Shown here: positions 1-12,058 of the stretch, one piece after another
Numbering within the stretch: position 1 is the stretch's first letter
How the letters are laid out: every line of letters starts with the position of its first letter
From: Octopus sinensis
Taxonomy: Eukaryota
Reading direction: 5' to 3'
NCBI RefSeq assembly: GCF_006345805.1
Contig: NC_043012.1
Location: 14,632,001-14,696,000 of the forward strand
DNA length: 64,000 nucleotides
Program-made: the position numbers and the translations under genes
The notes under the pieces: generated by a model
Told to the model about the DNA's origin: nothing
The model's input: only the letters and a program-made list of their open reading frames with translations
The model's database searches: none

Positions 1-10
1 TATTTTTCGA

Positions 11-12
<2 letters not shown>

Positions 13-65
<53 letters not shown>
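13..65. repeat. (ATT)n microsatellite abutting the LINE 3' end
   Basis: Pure tta repeats seen directly. Confidence 0.95.
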
Positions 66-510
66 TAGTTTGACTCAGGTTCAGTCTTATTCCTGATATG
101 TTGGTAGCGGGTTACTACCTGTAACCTAAGGCACCCACAAGTTTTCAGCAGTCTTTCAACTGTTTAGAACCCTCCTGAAAATCTTTGCTGTCCCTAAGAG
201 ACAAACTTTCTGTAGGAGCTCCTCAATCTCATTCAGCCTTTTGTCTATAGCTTTGCTTACTTTTCCCAACGCACCAATTATTATAGGCACGACCTTTACA
301 GTTCTCAGACTCCAAATTTTTCCGATTTCAAATTTTAAGGGATTTTATTTTTTATACTTTCGTCCCCTTTCTTTACGATCCAGGATCAAACGGGTATGAT
401 GAGTCGATTAGTAAGCAACTTCGCTTTTCCTTATCTATAATTGTTATGTCCGGTCTATTATTTTCTAACTTCTTGTCCGTTTGAGTAGGAAAGTCCCACA
501 AAATCTTAAG
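66..510 (-). mobile_element. 3' fragment of an RLE-type (R4/Dong-like) non-LTR retrotransposon
   Basis: Minus strand translates to KILWDFPTQTDKKLENNRPDITIIDKEKRSCLLIDSSYPFD...VVPIIIGALG, the RPD restriction-like endonuclease region. It ends in (TAA)n, the known Dong target. Confidence 0.75.
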
Positions 511-723
511 CCGTCGCTACGTTCTGAGTTCAAATTCCACCGAGGCCGACTTTGCTTTCACCCTTTTGGGGTCGATAAATCAAGTACCGGTTGAAAACTG
601 TGGTCGATGTAATCGACACATCCCCTCCCCTAGAATGATTGCCCTTGTGGAAAAATTTGAAACCATTATTATTACTATTATTATTATTATCATCATCATC
701 ATCATCATCATCATTATTATTAA

Positions 724-955
724 GGCAGCAAGCTGGCAGAAACGTTAGCGCGCCGGGTGAAATGCTTAGCAGTATTTCGTCTGCCGTTATGTTCTGAGTT
801 CAAATTCCGCCGAGGTCGACTTTACCTTTCATCCTTTCGGGGTCGATAAATTAAGTACCAGTTACGCATTGGGATCATGTGATCGACTTAATCCCTTCTG
901 TCTGTCCTTGTTTGCCCCCTCTATGTTTGTCCCCTTGTGGGCAATAAAGAAATAA
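724..955 (+). mobile_element. tRNA-derived SINE family A (Meta/MESC-like core)
   Basis: ggc..gctggcagaaacgttagc...gagttcaaattcc...ctttcatcctttcggggtcgataaa...aaagaaata. Partial copies flank it at ~511-665 and ~958-1160. Confidence 0.85.
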
Positions 956-1261
956 GAATTGCTAGCACGCTGGTCGAAGTGCTTGGCGGTATTCCGCCCC
1001 GTCGCTACGTTCTGAGTTCAAATTCCGTCGAGGTCGACTTTGCCTTTCGTCCTTTCGGAGTCGATAAATTAAGTACCAGTTGCGCACTGGGGTCGATATA
1101 ATCGACTATCCCTCTCCTCCAAATTTCAGGCCTTATGCCTATAGTAGAAATGATTATTATTATCTGGGAAATGTTTTCGATTTGTGAAAATACACGTCAT
1201 TTTGATTACCTCCGAATTTCGGAAATAAATAAACATTGTAATAAATTGTCCTATTTTTCAG

Positions 1262-1515
1262 TTCCATTTTGGATTGATCCCAGCAAAGGAAATATTAGGA
1301 CAAGCGACATAATTGACCGAGAAACTACAGAGATGTATGAATTCAAGGTGTTTGTGAAAGATAATGGTCTTCCTGCCTACACTGCCAGTTCTAACATAAT
1401 CATTTCAGTGAAAGATATCAATGACAACCCTCCTGTGTTTCTTCATGGTCAGCAGTATCAAGGAACTGTCATGGAAGATGACCAGAACCCAATAATGGGT
1501 CAAAAAGTGGAACTG
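1262..1515 (+). CDS. Cadherin-repeat protein, internal exon 1 of 5 in window (phase 1 to 0)
   Basis: tttttcag acceptor, GTAAG donor. PFWIDPSKGNIRTSDIIDRE...VKDNG...DINDNPPVF cadherin motifs. Confidence 0.93.
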
Positions 1516-1574
1516 GTAAGCATGGTTTTTGGAAAGACAATTCCGGTTGTTTTTTTTTATTTGTTTATTTTTTT

Positions 1575-1970
1575 ACTTATATCAGTCGGTTGACTGCAGC
1601 CCTGCTGGAGCACCGCCTTCAAATTTTTTTAGTTGAACAAATCGACCCCAGAACTTATTTTTTTAAGTCTAGAACTTATTTTATCGGTTTCTTTTGCCGA
1701 ACCGCTAAGTTACGGAAATGTAAACACACCAACACCAGTTGTCAAACGGTGGGGGGGGGGGTAAACACAGACACAAAGACACACACACACAGACATATAT
1801 ATATATATATATATACGACGGGCTTCTTTCAGTTTCCGTCTTCCAAATCCACTCACAAGGCTTTGGTCGGTCCCGAGGTTATAGTAGAAGGACAGCTGCC
1901 CAAGTGCTGAGAGAGACTGAATCCAGAACCATGTGGTTGGAAAGCAAGCTTCTTACCACAGGGCCAAGTC
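1575..1970 (-). mobile_element. tRNA-derived CORE-type SINE family B
   Basis: Reverse complement of the recurrent ...cttgggcaagtgtcttct...gcggttcggcaaaagagacc...gctccagc element. Confidence 0.85.
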
Positions 1971-2024
1971 TGTGGCTAATCGAATATTCGTATGAAGTTT
2001 ATATCATAAGAAGTTTTTTACCAC

Positions 2025-2412
2025 CCACATGGTTCCGGGTTCAGTCCCACTGCGTGGTACCTTGGGCAAGTGTCTTCTACTATAGCCTTGGGCCAACCAA
2101 AGCCTTGTGAGTGGATTTGGTAGACGGAAACTGGAAGAAGCCCGTCGTGTGTGTGTATATATATATATATATATGTGTGTGTGTATATATTTGTGTGTCT
2201 GTGTTTGTCCCCCCACCATTGCTTGACAACCGATGCTGGTGTGTTTGTGTCCCCGTTACTTAGCGGTTCGGCAAAAGAGACCAATAAAATAAGTACTGGG
2301 CTTACAAAAGAATAAGTCCCATGGTCGAGTTGTTCGATTAAAGGCGGTGCTCCAGTATGGCCGCAGTCAAATGACTGAAACAAGTAAAAGAGTAAAAGAG
2401 TAAAAAAGAGTA
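2025..2412 (+). mobile_element. SINE family B
   Basis: ccacatggttccgggttcagtccc...ccttgggcaag...gactgaaacaagtaaaagag tail. Confidence 0.85.
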
Positions 2413-2700
2413 AAGTAATTAATGAGGAAATATTTATAGAAACCCCGTTATGCAAAACTGAATGTGGAAAAGGGATTCTTCCGGTTTAAGTAAGACGTTT
2501 GTAATGATTTCTAGTATGTAGTAACATATTTCTTTCTACTATAAACACAAGGCCTGAAATTTTTGCTGGGAGGGAGCCAGTCGAATACATAGACACCAGT
2601 GCTTAACTGGTACTTATTCTATCGACCTCAAAAGGATAAAGTGCAAAGTCTATCTCTGTGGAATTTGAGCTCAGAACGTAAAGCTGGAAGGAATGTCGCT

Positions 2701-2881
2701 AAGCGTATTGTCCGGCCAATGGACGATTCGGTCACCAAGCGTTTTGTCCGGCCAATGGACGATTCGGTCACCAAGCATTTTGTCCGGCCAATGGACGATT
2801 CGGTCACCAAGCGTTTTGTCCGGCCAATGGACGATTCCCTCACCAAGCGTTTTGTCCGGCCAATGGACGATTCGGTTACCA
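2701..2881. repeat. 36-bp minisatellite, 5 copies
   Basis: Unit ccaagcgttttgtccggccaatggacgattcggtca repeated. Confidence 0.95.
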
Positions 2882-3102
2882 CCCGGTTTAATAGAGCTTC
2901 AATTTAAATTTTGAGCTTCAATTTAAATTGATATACTTGTTGTTATTTAGCTCCAAGTCAGCCCTGATTAATGAGATGCACATACCCTTCAAAATCCCCT
3001 CAGCAGTATAGATTTTAGTCTAGTAATTATTTTATCAAACCCTATTTTTCAAATCATTAAGTTAAAGGACATAAAGAGACACACAGAAACGGTCACAGAA
3101 CA

Positions 3103-3145
<43 letters not shown>

Positions 3146-3194
3146 CATACACACACACACATGCATACACACACACACACAAACACACATGCAT

Positions 3195-3225
<31 letters not shown>

Positions 3226-3340
3226 TGCACACACACACATGCATACACACACACATGCATACACACACACACATGCATACACACACACACACATGCATAC
3301 ACACACACACACATGCATACACACACACACACACACACAC
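3103..3340. repeat. (CA)n / CACATGCATA compound microsatellite
   Basis: Seen directly. Confidence 0.95.
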
Positions 3341-3503
3341 CATTTTAAATATGTTTCAGCTATATTCGAACCCGTCACAAAGCCATTCACTGTAATTTGT
3401 TATGGAGAAAATTCCTCACTGTAGTCAGTAAGGCGGGAAGAACATCGAGTCACAAATGCACAAGCATACATAAATACATAAATGCACAAAAACGAATAAC
3501 TTT

Positions 3504-3568
<65 letters not shown>

Positions 3569-4572
3569 TATAAAGAAAGAAACAAACAAACAAACGTTTT
3601 TGTCTATCCATACATCATCGATAATTTTTGTTTTATTTCAAATTTATTTTTTCTACAGTTTCAAATATTTAACGTTCATATTTAAAAATTACTTACACCG
3701 AAATATACTCATGAGGAATTTAAATGCACAGCATATATTGTTGTTTTTTTTTTCTTCCCTCCCATTTGTTTTTGAGGGTGTTTTTTTTTTTTTTTACGTA
3801 TTTCCTAAAATATTTACAATATTTGTTTTGCTTGCTGGAAACATTTGTGATAGTTAAATTAACTGAAAATAGATTACAAGAACAAAGCTATTTATCACAA
3901 TTTTCAGCAAAACCAATTTTACTATGATTCATATAAAAAAAAAAACACCCTTGGGAACTCTAAATAATTAAACTTCCATACCAAATTTATTCTTGTACAG
4001 ATACTACATACAAATTGAAGCGTTTTTCCATTTTCTTTTGTTTTTAAAATTTTTCGGGTTTTTCTTTGTCTATTTATTTTCTTGTTGCTCTCTTGATAGA
4101 ATTTGGTCGAAACATTGTTTTCGTTAATTTTATCTATGCTACAAATCAATTGTAAAAATATTTTTTTAAGCTTGTTTTCCCATAGACCATTCTAAAATAT
4201 TAATGATGATGATGTTGATGATGACGATGATAATAATGATGACTAAAAGTGCTTCCATAATAAGTTATTATTTCGTGTTCTGTATTTGGTTTTCAAAATT
4301 CTTGATGCTAACACATGCGTTGAAACGAACTTTGTTGTATCTTGGAAGGGTCATTACACCAATAATAAACACACACACTGGTTAAATCTCACTTCTTTAT
4401 CGTTAGTTAATTGGTTAAATATTTAACCAACTAATCTTATGTCTTGCTTTATCAGTCAGCTGATCAATCACTCAATCAGTTAGCCAAAGACCTATCATCA
4501 CCATTCGTGACCTCATCGATGGCATGCCCTCACTCTTCCTAGTCTGCTTCATGAATGACATGCTCTGTCTTG

Positions 4573-4745
4573 TGGAGGCGCATGGCCTAGTGGTTAGAGC
4601 AGCGGACTCACGATCGAGGGATCGTGGGTTCGAATCTCAGACCGTGCGGTATGTGTATTTATGAGCGAAACACCTAAGCTCCACGCGGCTCCGGCAGAAG
4701 GGAATGGCAGAACTTCTGCTGACTATTTCGCTATTACTTTCTCTC
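4573..4745 (+). mobile_element. tRNA-headed SINE family C
   Basis: ggaggcgcatggcctagtggttagagc (A box) ... ggttcgaatc (B box). Related copies near 22564-22885, 34255-34585 and 44755-45065. Confidence 0.7.
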
Positions 4746-4751
4746 ATGCTT

Positions 4752-4799
<48 letters not shown>

Positions 4800-5251
4800 G
4801 GTGAACAAAGGGACTTTGACAAACAACTGATTGATAGATTGTTTAACCATTGATTAAGCAAGAAATGGATTGGTTGATCAATTAAATAACTATTTGCTTT
4901 TATCTAGAAATCAAAGAAAATTACTAAAATTCCGTTTAAATTTTGCTTTTGTGACCTGGACATCAAGGTTTCGAAACTAACCTATTTTCGATAACATAAT
5001 ATTTCAGACAGATTCAGCACTGAGTTACTAAATCCGTCATAGCAAATATTATGCTCAACATCACAGATTTGCTGGTCAGTAGCTTGACCTTAACCAATTG
5101 AGCACGATAATATGTGCATCTCTGATCATGAGTAGGAGTAGTGGGTGGGGAACATCATAGCCATGTGTTCAGAGGGATTCTTTAGGGTTTGAATAAATGT
5201 AAGGAAAGCAAACATTGAAGGAAATAGCCATTTTGTAGCATTCGTTTCCTT

Positions 5252-6130
5252 TGCAGAAATTCTAAGGCTAGAAACTCTGTTTATCAATGTAAAATTACTT
5301 CCGGTTCTGATGTCTTTTTTTCATCTCAGTTGTCCAAAAGAATATCTAACCATTACTCTACATTTAGACATATCAATAAACGCAACAGAACTGAGCTTAG
5401 CAAATTAATTTGGTCTCTAAAGGAACATAATAAACAATTCGAGTTGGAATGGAATATTCTGTCTAGATCCTTTCCATATGATAAAGGCAAATCTTATTCT
5501 GTTCTCGGAGAATTCTCTTGCAAACACGTTTAAAGAAATCGTTTATCGTTGCAAACATTGGCAAAAATATACCATTAGTTCCAATAAGTAATTTCTACCA
5601 ATCTATAAAATTCGACTTTAAACTGTCTTCTTACGTTTCATTTCCACTAAATATATCTATTTACACGCCTTTAAGCTTTATTTCCACTCATATATCGCAT
5701 TATATTTCTCCACTCTTAATTTTCTGTTAATTCCTTTCTTTCTCCCCCTACTCTTTATCTAAATTGCTTTTGACGTTAAATCTATTAACGGTTTTTTTTA
5801 AAAAAATAACATGCCCGCGTTCCCTTCATCATATACGCGGTAATCACATTCGGTTAAAATGGCTTATTGATGTGCTTTATTTCTCTTTTTTCCTGACGAG
5901 ATGGCGACATTGTTTTACATCATTTTATTCCCTCGGGAATAATACCAATGTTTTCTTCGAAACATATGTCGGAAGTATAAAGATTTGAATAACACTTGCG
6001 TTTAACTCCATTTCTTAATTTATTTATGTCATACAAAAACATTTCACTAAACCCTGGCATTTCCACCTTTATAAGTAGGCTGTAACATCTTTGGCAATTA
6101 TGTGAATTTTCGTTACCCTGGTAACTAGTT
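5252..6130 (+). mobile_element. Penelope-like element 3' remnant (GIY-YIG endonuclease C-terminus plus pseudo-LTR with hammerhead)
   Basis: NSVYQCKITS...SKRISNHYSTFRHINKRNRTELSKLIWSLKEHNKQFELEWNILSRSFPY resembles PLE GIY-YIG domains. A hammerhead follows, and the tail resembles 55380-55510. Confidence 0.8.
5888..5975 (+). ncRNA. Minimal type I hammerhead ribozyme (PLE-associated)
   Basis: CTGACGA at 5893, long stem II (gacattg/caatgtt with inner ttattcc/ggaataa hairpin), GAAA at 5959, palindromic stem III ACATATGT, GUC cleavage triplet, stem I ttttc/ggaag. Confidence 0.8.
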
Positions 6131-6245
6131 TTACTATGTTATTTGTATACATTGAAAAAGTACATATACGTTTATATATATATGTGTGTGTGTGTGTAGG
6201 CGAAGTCATGGCTATGTGTATATTATATATATATATATATATGGC

Positions 6246-6327
<82 letters not shown>

Positions 6328-6428
6328 ATATATATAATTATATTATATTATGTTATATTATATTGTATATATTATATTATATTATATTTACATTATATTA
6401 TATATAATCAATGCCATTTGTTTTTCAG

Positions 6429-6602
6429 TCTAAAAACGTGACTGTGATTGATAAAGATGCTACAACAAACAACAGACAAATACAATTCAGCCTGAAAGGA
6501 GCCAAAAGTGACCTGTTCAAGATTAACTCCAAAACAGGTACCATCTACGTTGCACGTCCAGGTAACATAGACCGAGAATTTGATCGCCAGTTTCATCTAA
6601 AG
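6429..6602 (+). CDS. Cadherin-repeat protein, exon 2 of 5 (phase 0 to 0)
   Basis: tttttcag / GTAAT. SKNVTVIDKD...FKINSKTGTIYV...IDREFDRQFHLK. Confidence 0.93.
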
Positions 6603-6737
6603 GTAATGCAGCTAATTATATATCAAATGAAATCTGCTTTTGTCCTTTTTGTTTATTTATTTATTATTATTGAGTTTACATTTTTGCAGGTCTTTTGTTT
6701 TACTATTTTAACGCATGAAGACGGTATATTATCACTA

Positions 6738-6971
6738 AGGCGGCGAGCTGGCAGAGTGGTTAGCACGTCGGGCGAAATGCTTAGCAGTATTTCGTCTGCC
6801 GTTACGTTGTGAGTTCAAATTCCGCCGGGGTCGACTTTACCTTTCATCCTTTCGGGGTCAATAAATTAAGTACCAGTTACGCACTGGGGTCGATGTAATC
6901 GACTTAATACCTATGTCTGTCCTTGTTTGTCCCCTCTCTGTTTAGCCCCTTATGGGTAGTAAAGAAATAGG
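6738..6971 (+). mobile_element. SINE family A
   Basis: Full-length copy. Others at ~9563-9799(-), 33043-33272(+), 41100-41233(-), 63882-64000(+). Confidence 0.85.
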
Positions 6972-7136
6972 TATATTATCACCCGTGAATACGGCCCCAC
7001 GACGTTTAAACTTCTCTACTTGTCTCAGCGATGTTCCGTTAGCATGCAGAACGCATTGGGAAGACTTTCTCTTAACAACCAAAGTGTCAGTCTTCCCAAC
7101 ACTAATTCTTATCCCTGTATGTATATATATATATAT

Positions 7137-7231
<95 letters not shown>

Positions 7232-7237
7232 CATATA

Positions 7238-7458
7238 CAGTAATCCCTCGCCATATCGCGGTTCACTTATCGCGGTTTATTATTTAAGCGTACGTTGATT
7301 CCTCCGTGTTGTTGTTTTGCATTTATAATAAAATAGATATATACAAATTATAAAAAATAATTCAAAAGATATACTGTACTGTTTCTACTTCACGGATTTT
7401 CACCTGTCGCTGGGGTTGGGGTTGGAACGTAACACCCGCAATAGTCGAGGGATTATTG
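7238..7458. mobile_element. pogo/Tigger-like MITE
   Basis: TA + cagtaatccctcg ... cgagggattattg + TA terminal inverted repeats. Confidence 0.75.
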
Positions 7459-7572
7459 TATGTCTATAAATTTAGAATAATACGGTAGTCACATTGCTGG
7501 TGATTATATATATATATGATTGATTGATTGATTCTAGTTTCAGCTTATGAGCTGTGGCCATGCTGGGGCACA

Positions 7573-7606
<34 letters not shown>

Positions 7607-7834
7607 TACATTTTTAGTGCTTTCCTCCGTTATCAGATTTATCAAAAAGTGGTTCAAATTTAGACTCCTTGGCCTGTTTATAAAGAATTTTCTGAGTTTT
7701 GCCTAGCATGGGAGAAGAAAGAAGACAAATGTTTCTTCTCCCTTACAAGAAGTCTAAATTTGAATCATTTTTTTGATAAATCGGATAACGGAAGAAAGCG
7801 CTAAAAATGTAAAGAAGATATAAATAAATATATA

Positions 7835-8240
7835 CTCTCTCTCTCTCTTTTACTTGTTTCAGTCATTTGACTGTGGCCATGCTGGAGCACCGCCTTTAAT
7901 CGAGCAACTCGACCCCGGGACTTATTCTTTTGTAAGCCCAGTACTTATTCTATCGGTCTCTTTTGCCGAACCGTTAAGTAACGGGGACATAAACACACCA
8001 ACATCGGTTGTCAAGCAATGCTAGTGGGACAAACACAGACACACAAACACACACATACATATATATATACATATATACGACGGGCTTCTTTCAGTTTCCG
8101 TCTACCAAATCCACTCACAAGGCATTGGTCGGCCTGGGGCTATAGCAGAAGACACTTGCCCAAGATGCCACGCAGTGGGACTGAACCCGGAACCATGTGG
8201 TTGGTTAGCAAGCTACTTACCACACAGCCACTCCTGCACC
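7835..8240 (-). mobile_element. SINE family B
   Basis: Near full-length reverse copy. Confidence 0.85.
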
Positions 8241-8336
8241 TGTATATATATATAATCCTCCATCATTCTGACTACTTTATTCTAAATATACAATATCTGT
8301 ACATCACTTCAAAAACTCTCTCTCTATCCATCCATC

Positions 8337-8378
<42 letters not shown>

Positions 8379-8390
8379 TGTATGTATGTA

Positions 8391-8440
<50 letters not shown>

Positions 8441-8593
8441 ATATATAAATAAGACCGAACCTTTTTTATTGTTTCTGATAGTTCAGGAATGTCAGTTGAA
8501 GTGAAATACTGAAGAGCAGTGGTGTTATGTTTGCATAATTTATTTCATACCCTATTTTGCTTGGTACTTCATTAGTTACAATATATCTTTCAG

Positions 8594-8849
8594 ATTGTAG
8601 CAACCGACCAAAATGGCAGGGGCCACTCAACGGAGGCTGACCTTAATATCCACGTACGAGATGTTAATGATCACAAACCTCGCTTCGTACAAGAATCATA
8701 TGAATTTTCTCTTCCGTCCATTGTTAAAGCTGGTTATAAGATCGGTCAGTTAATTGCCATTGACAGAGATAGCACCAGTCCTAATAACAAGCTATTGTAC
8801 ATATTTGATTCTGATACACTCGGGAAATTCAAAATTGATATCGAAACAG
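8594..8849 (+). CDS. Cadherin-repeat protein, exon 3 of 5 (phase 0 to 1), absent from the ORF track
   Basis: ctttcag / GTTCG. IVATDQNGRGHSTEADLNIHVRDVNDHKPRF...AIDRDST...FKIDIET. Confidence 0.92.
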
Positions 8850-9211
8850 GTTCGCTTTTTTTTTTACCTTTTCGTTTGCTGTTGTTTTTGCAGTGTTTTT
8901 GTCATAAGTATTTATTTTTAATTTTTCGTTTTTAAATTCTTTTCCATAATTTCAGTCTTAAGACTCTGGCCATGCGGAGCATAATTTTCTAACTATTAAA
9001 TGGTTATACCAATACCAGTAATTATTATATCAATCTCTGAGACGAAAGCCAATGTAGAACTTGAAGCAAAAGAAAGGAAAGGAACTAAATACCGCAAGCT
9101 ATTTTCATTTGTTATGCGAATTAGCAGCTCCAGTTCTCTGTAACTTCTAGATTTGTAAGTGCATAAACAGATTGGCTACTTATATCTCTGGGATTTGTCG
9201 AAATGATTAAA

Positions 9212-9256
9212 TACCTCTGATGAGATCGCAATAAGGTCCGAAAATCGATTAAAGCA
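9212..9256 (+). ncRNA. Degenerate minimal hammerhead ribozyme
   Basis: CTGATGA at 9217, stem II gatc/ggtc, GAAA at 9240, palindrome AATCGATT, UUA site. Stem I has two mismatches. Confidence 0.55.
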
Positions 9257-11631
9257 GTTCATCATTTTCTTAGTCAACAAGAAATAGTTAAATTTCCTCT
9301 GTTTATATATCTATGGCATGGGTTATATATATTATATCATACCTTGATACTGTGTGAACTGAGATCCCCGTTGACATTAATTCACAAAACGCTAATATTA
9401 AGTCAAGTGTAAACACTTTTATGTTATGCAAATTAGTAGCTCCAGCTCTCCGTTGCTGCTGCATTTTTAAGTATATAAACAGATTGGATACTTGCTTCTC
9501 TGGGATTGCTTAAGACAAAGACAGACGAAATACCCTTGTGCATTTCGCCCGGTGAGCTAACGTTTCTTATTTCTTTACTGCCAACAAGAAGCTAAACATA
9601 GAGGGGACAAACAAGGACAGACAAAGGGGTTAAGTCGATTAGATCGACCCCAGTGCGTAACTGGTACTTAAATTATCGACCCCGAAATGATGAACGGCAA
9701 AGTCGACCTCGGTGGAATTTGAACTCAGAACGTAATGACAGACGAAATACCGCTACGCATTTCGCCCGGCGTGCTAACCACTCTGCCAGCTCGCCGCCTT
9801 TCTCTCCTTCTTAATAACCATATATATGTACCCGTCTGTAAGATCTCACAGTTTCCTTTAAAATAACAACTTCTAAGGATATTGGCTATCATATAATAAA
9901 CCAGCGTGTTAAATATTTTTACTCACCATCTAAGTGCAGGCATGAGATTCTTTTTTTTTGTCTGAGAGAAAATTTCATCATAAACATGTTCTAAAAGTAT
10001 AATATATACTGTAGCGAGACAAACATCTGCCCAGCAGTGACTCATGGGAACGCCAGACACGTTTCGTCCTTCTTGCAGAATTTGCTGTTGATATCATCGG
10101 TTCCAGTATTTTACTGGTATTTGATTTTATCGATCCCGGAAGAATGAAAAACAAAGATGACCCCGACGAGATTTGAACTCAGAAAATAAAGAACTGGAAG
10201 GAATACTATACAGCATGTTTCCTATTACCGTAACCATTCTGCCATATCACTGCCCTTATGAAAGAGGATGAGGAAGAGCAGGAGGAGGATTTGGGTACAC
10301 TGGATGATCTTTTAAAAAAGAGGAGTGATGGTCACGACCAGAACACCTTTGATCATACATCTTCTCCATCAAGGTTGATCATTCGAACCAGATCTCTAGG
10401 CTGCTCCACTTTTTCATTTGTACCCTGCATGCATTCAGCATTGGCAAAATCCACCTTAAGTTCTGCAGAGAATACGCAAAAGTCATGTTCACTAACCTCT
10501 TTTATCTTGGTTAACTTATAAACGAGCAAGCTGTGCCTTCCAGGCTCTTCACATAGAACGATGATGGCAAATCTATGACATGCCTGTCAGCAGTGATAAG
10601 TCACGAAGTTTTTAGTTTGTCATGCAACGCATTTTGAAAAATAAATCTTGCTATATTACGTTATAAAAAAGGTTATCTATAAGCATTTGCTAAAAACTAC
10701 ACTGCCTGTATACATATAAGTGACACTCCGGTAACAGAACTGTGAAAGATATTTAAAATTTCGATTCTCTGGGCAAAAAGTTTCGTTGTCATTGACATGG
10801 AAGGACTTGAATTCTGTACAACAAACTAATAACACTGTATAACGCGATTATTGTCCTTGGGTAGCAACTGTTATTTCCTATTTGCTTTAACCCTAGAAAG
10901 TATGAGAAATGGCTAATATTTCCTTCAAACTATGTTTTTGTTACATTTATTAAAACCCCCAAAATTCCCTCTCAACGCATGGGTATGATGCTCTCCCACT
11001 GCTCCTTACTCGGGATCAGAGGTGCACATATTGCCAGCTACTAAGAGATATGCTCAACTGGTTATGGTCAAGCCATTAGCAAGCAAATCTGTGGTACTGT
11101 GCAGAATCCTTCCTATAATGATATTTCTGCTTCAGCAACTCAGCGCTTAGTCTGTCTGAAATGTAACGGAAAATAGGTCAGTTTCAAAACTCTGATGTTC
11201 AGATTACAAAAGGAAAGTCTGAACAGAATAGTAGCCATTTTCTTTGATTTCTAGATAGAAGCAAGAAGCAAATAGAAAAATAAAGAAATAACATTCGTTA
11301 CACAGTGTAATAGAACACTTGTAAATTACATAATGTTATGTTGCTGTCAGTTGGACTTTCTCCTTGAACAAGTGTGGAGATGCGTGGCCTAATGGTTACA
11401 GTGTTGGACTCATGATCCTAAGATTGTGGTTTCGATTCCTGGATCGGACGACGCGTTATACTCTTGAGCAAAACACTTCACTTCGCATCGCTCCGGTCCA
11501 CTCATCAGTCAAAGTGAATAATCCGGAGACAGACCAGCGTCCCATCCAGTGGGAAAATATATACGCAGCGGAAAATGAGAAACCAGCCCTATATGGCTCG
11601 GCAATGAGTTTTGTCCTATCCTTGAACAAGA

Positions 11632-12058
11632 GAGGAGTGGAGTGGCTGTGTGGTAAGTAGCTTGCTTACCAACCACATGGTTCCGGGTTCAGTCCCACTG
11701 CGTGGCATCTTGGGCAAGTGTCTTCTGCTATAGCCCCGGGCCAACCAATGCCTTGTGAGTGGATTTGGTAGACGGAAACTGAAAGAAGCCTGTCGTATAT
11801 ATATATATATGTAAGTGTGTGTATATGTTTGTGTGTCTGTGTTTGTCCCCCTAGCATTGCTTGACAACCGATGCTGGTGTGTTTACGTCCCCGTCACTTA
11901 GCGGTTCGGCAAAAGAGACTGATAGAATAAGTACTGGGCTTACAAAGAATAAGTCCCGGGGTTGATTTGCTCGACTAAAGGCGGTGCTCCAGCATGGCCG
12001 CAGTCAAATGGCTGAAACAAGTAAAAGAGAGAGTAAAAAAGAGAGAGTAAAGAGAGAG
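11632..12058 (+). mobile_element. SINE family B, full length
   Basis: aggagtggctgtgtggtaagtagc head to (gagagtaaaa)n tail. Further copies near 12862-13280, 14277-14595, 28576-28915, 41948-42205, 54236-54505 and 59260-59790. Confidence 0.88.

Noticed and set aside
3049-3424. Cys/Val- and His/Thr-rich ORFs, and similar YI, MYVC, poly-H, poly-T and poly-N ORFs elsewhere
   Set aside because: Translations of microsatellites
4573-4650. tRNA gene
   Set aside because: Has A and B boxes but continues into a SINE body and lacks a closed acceptor stem. It is a SINE head.
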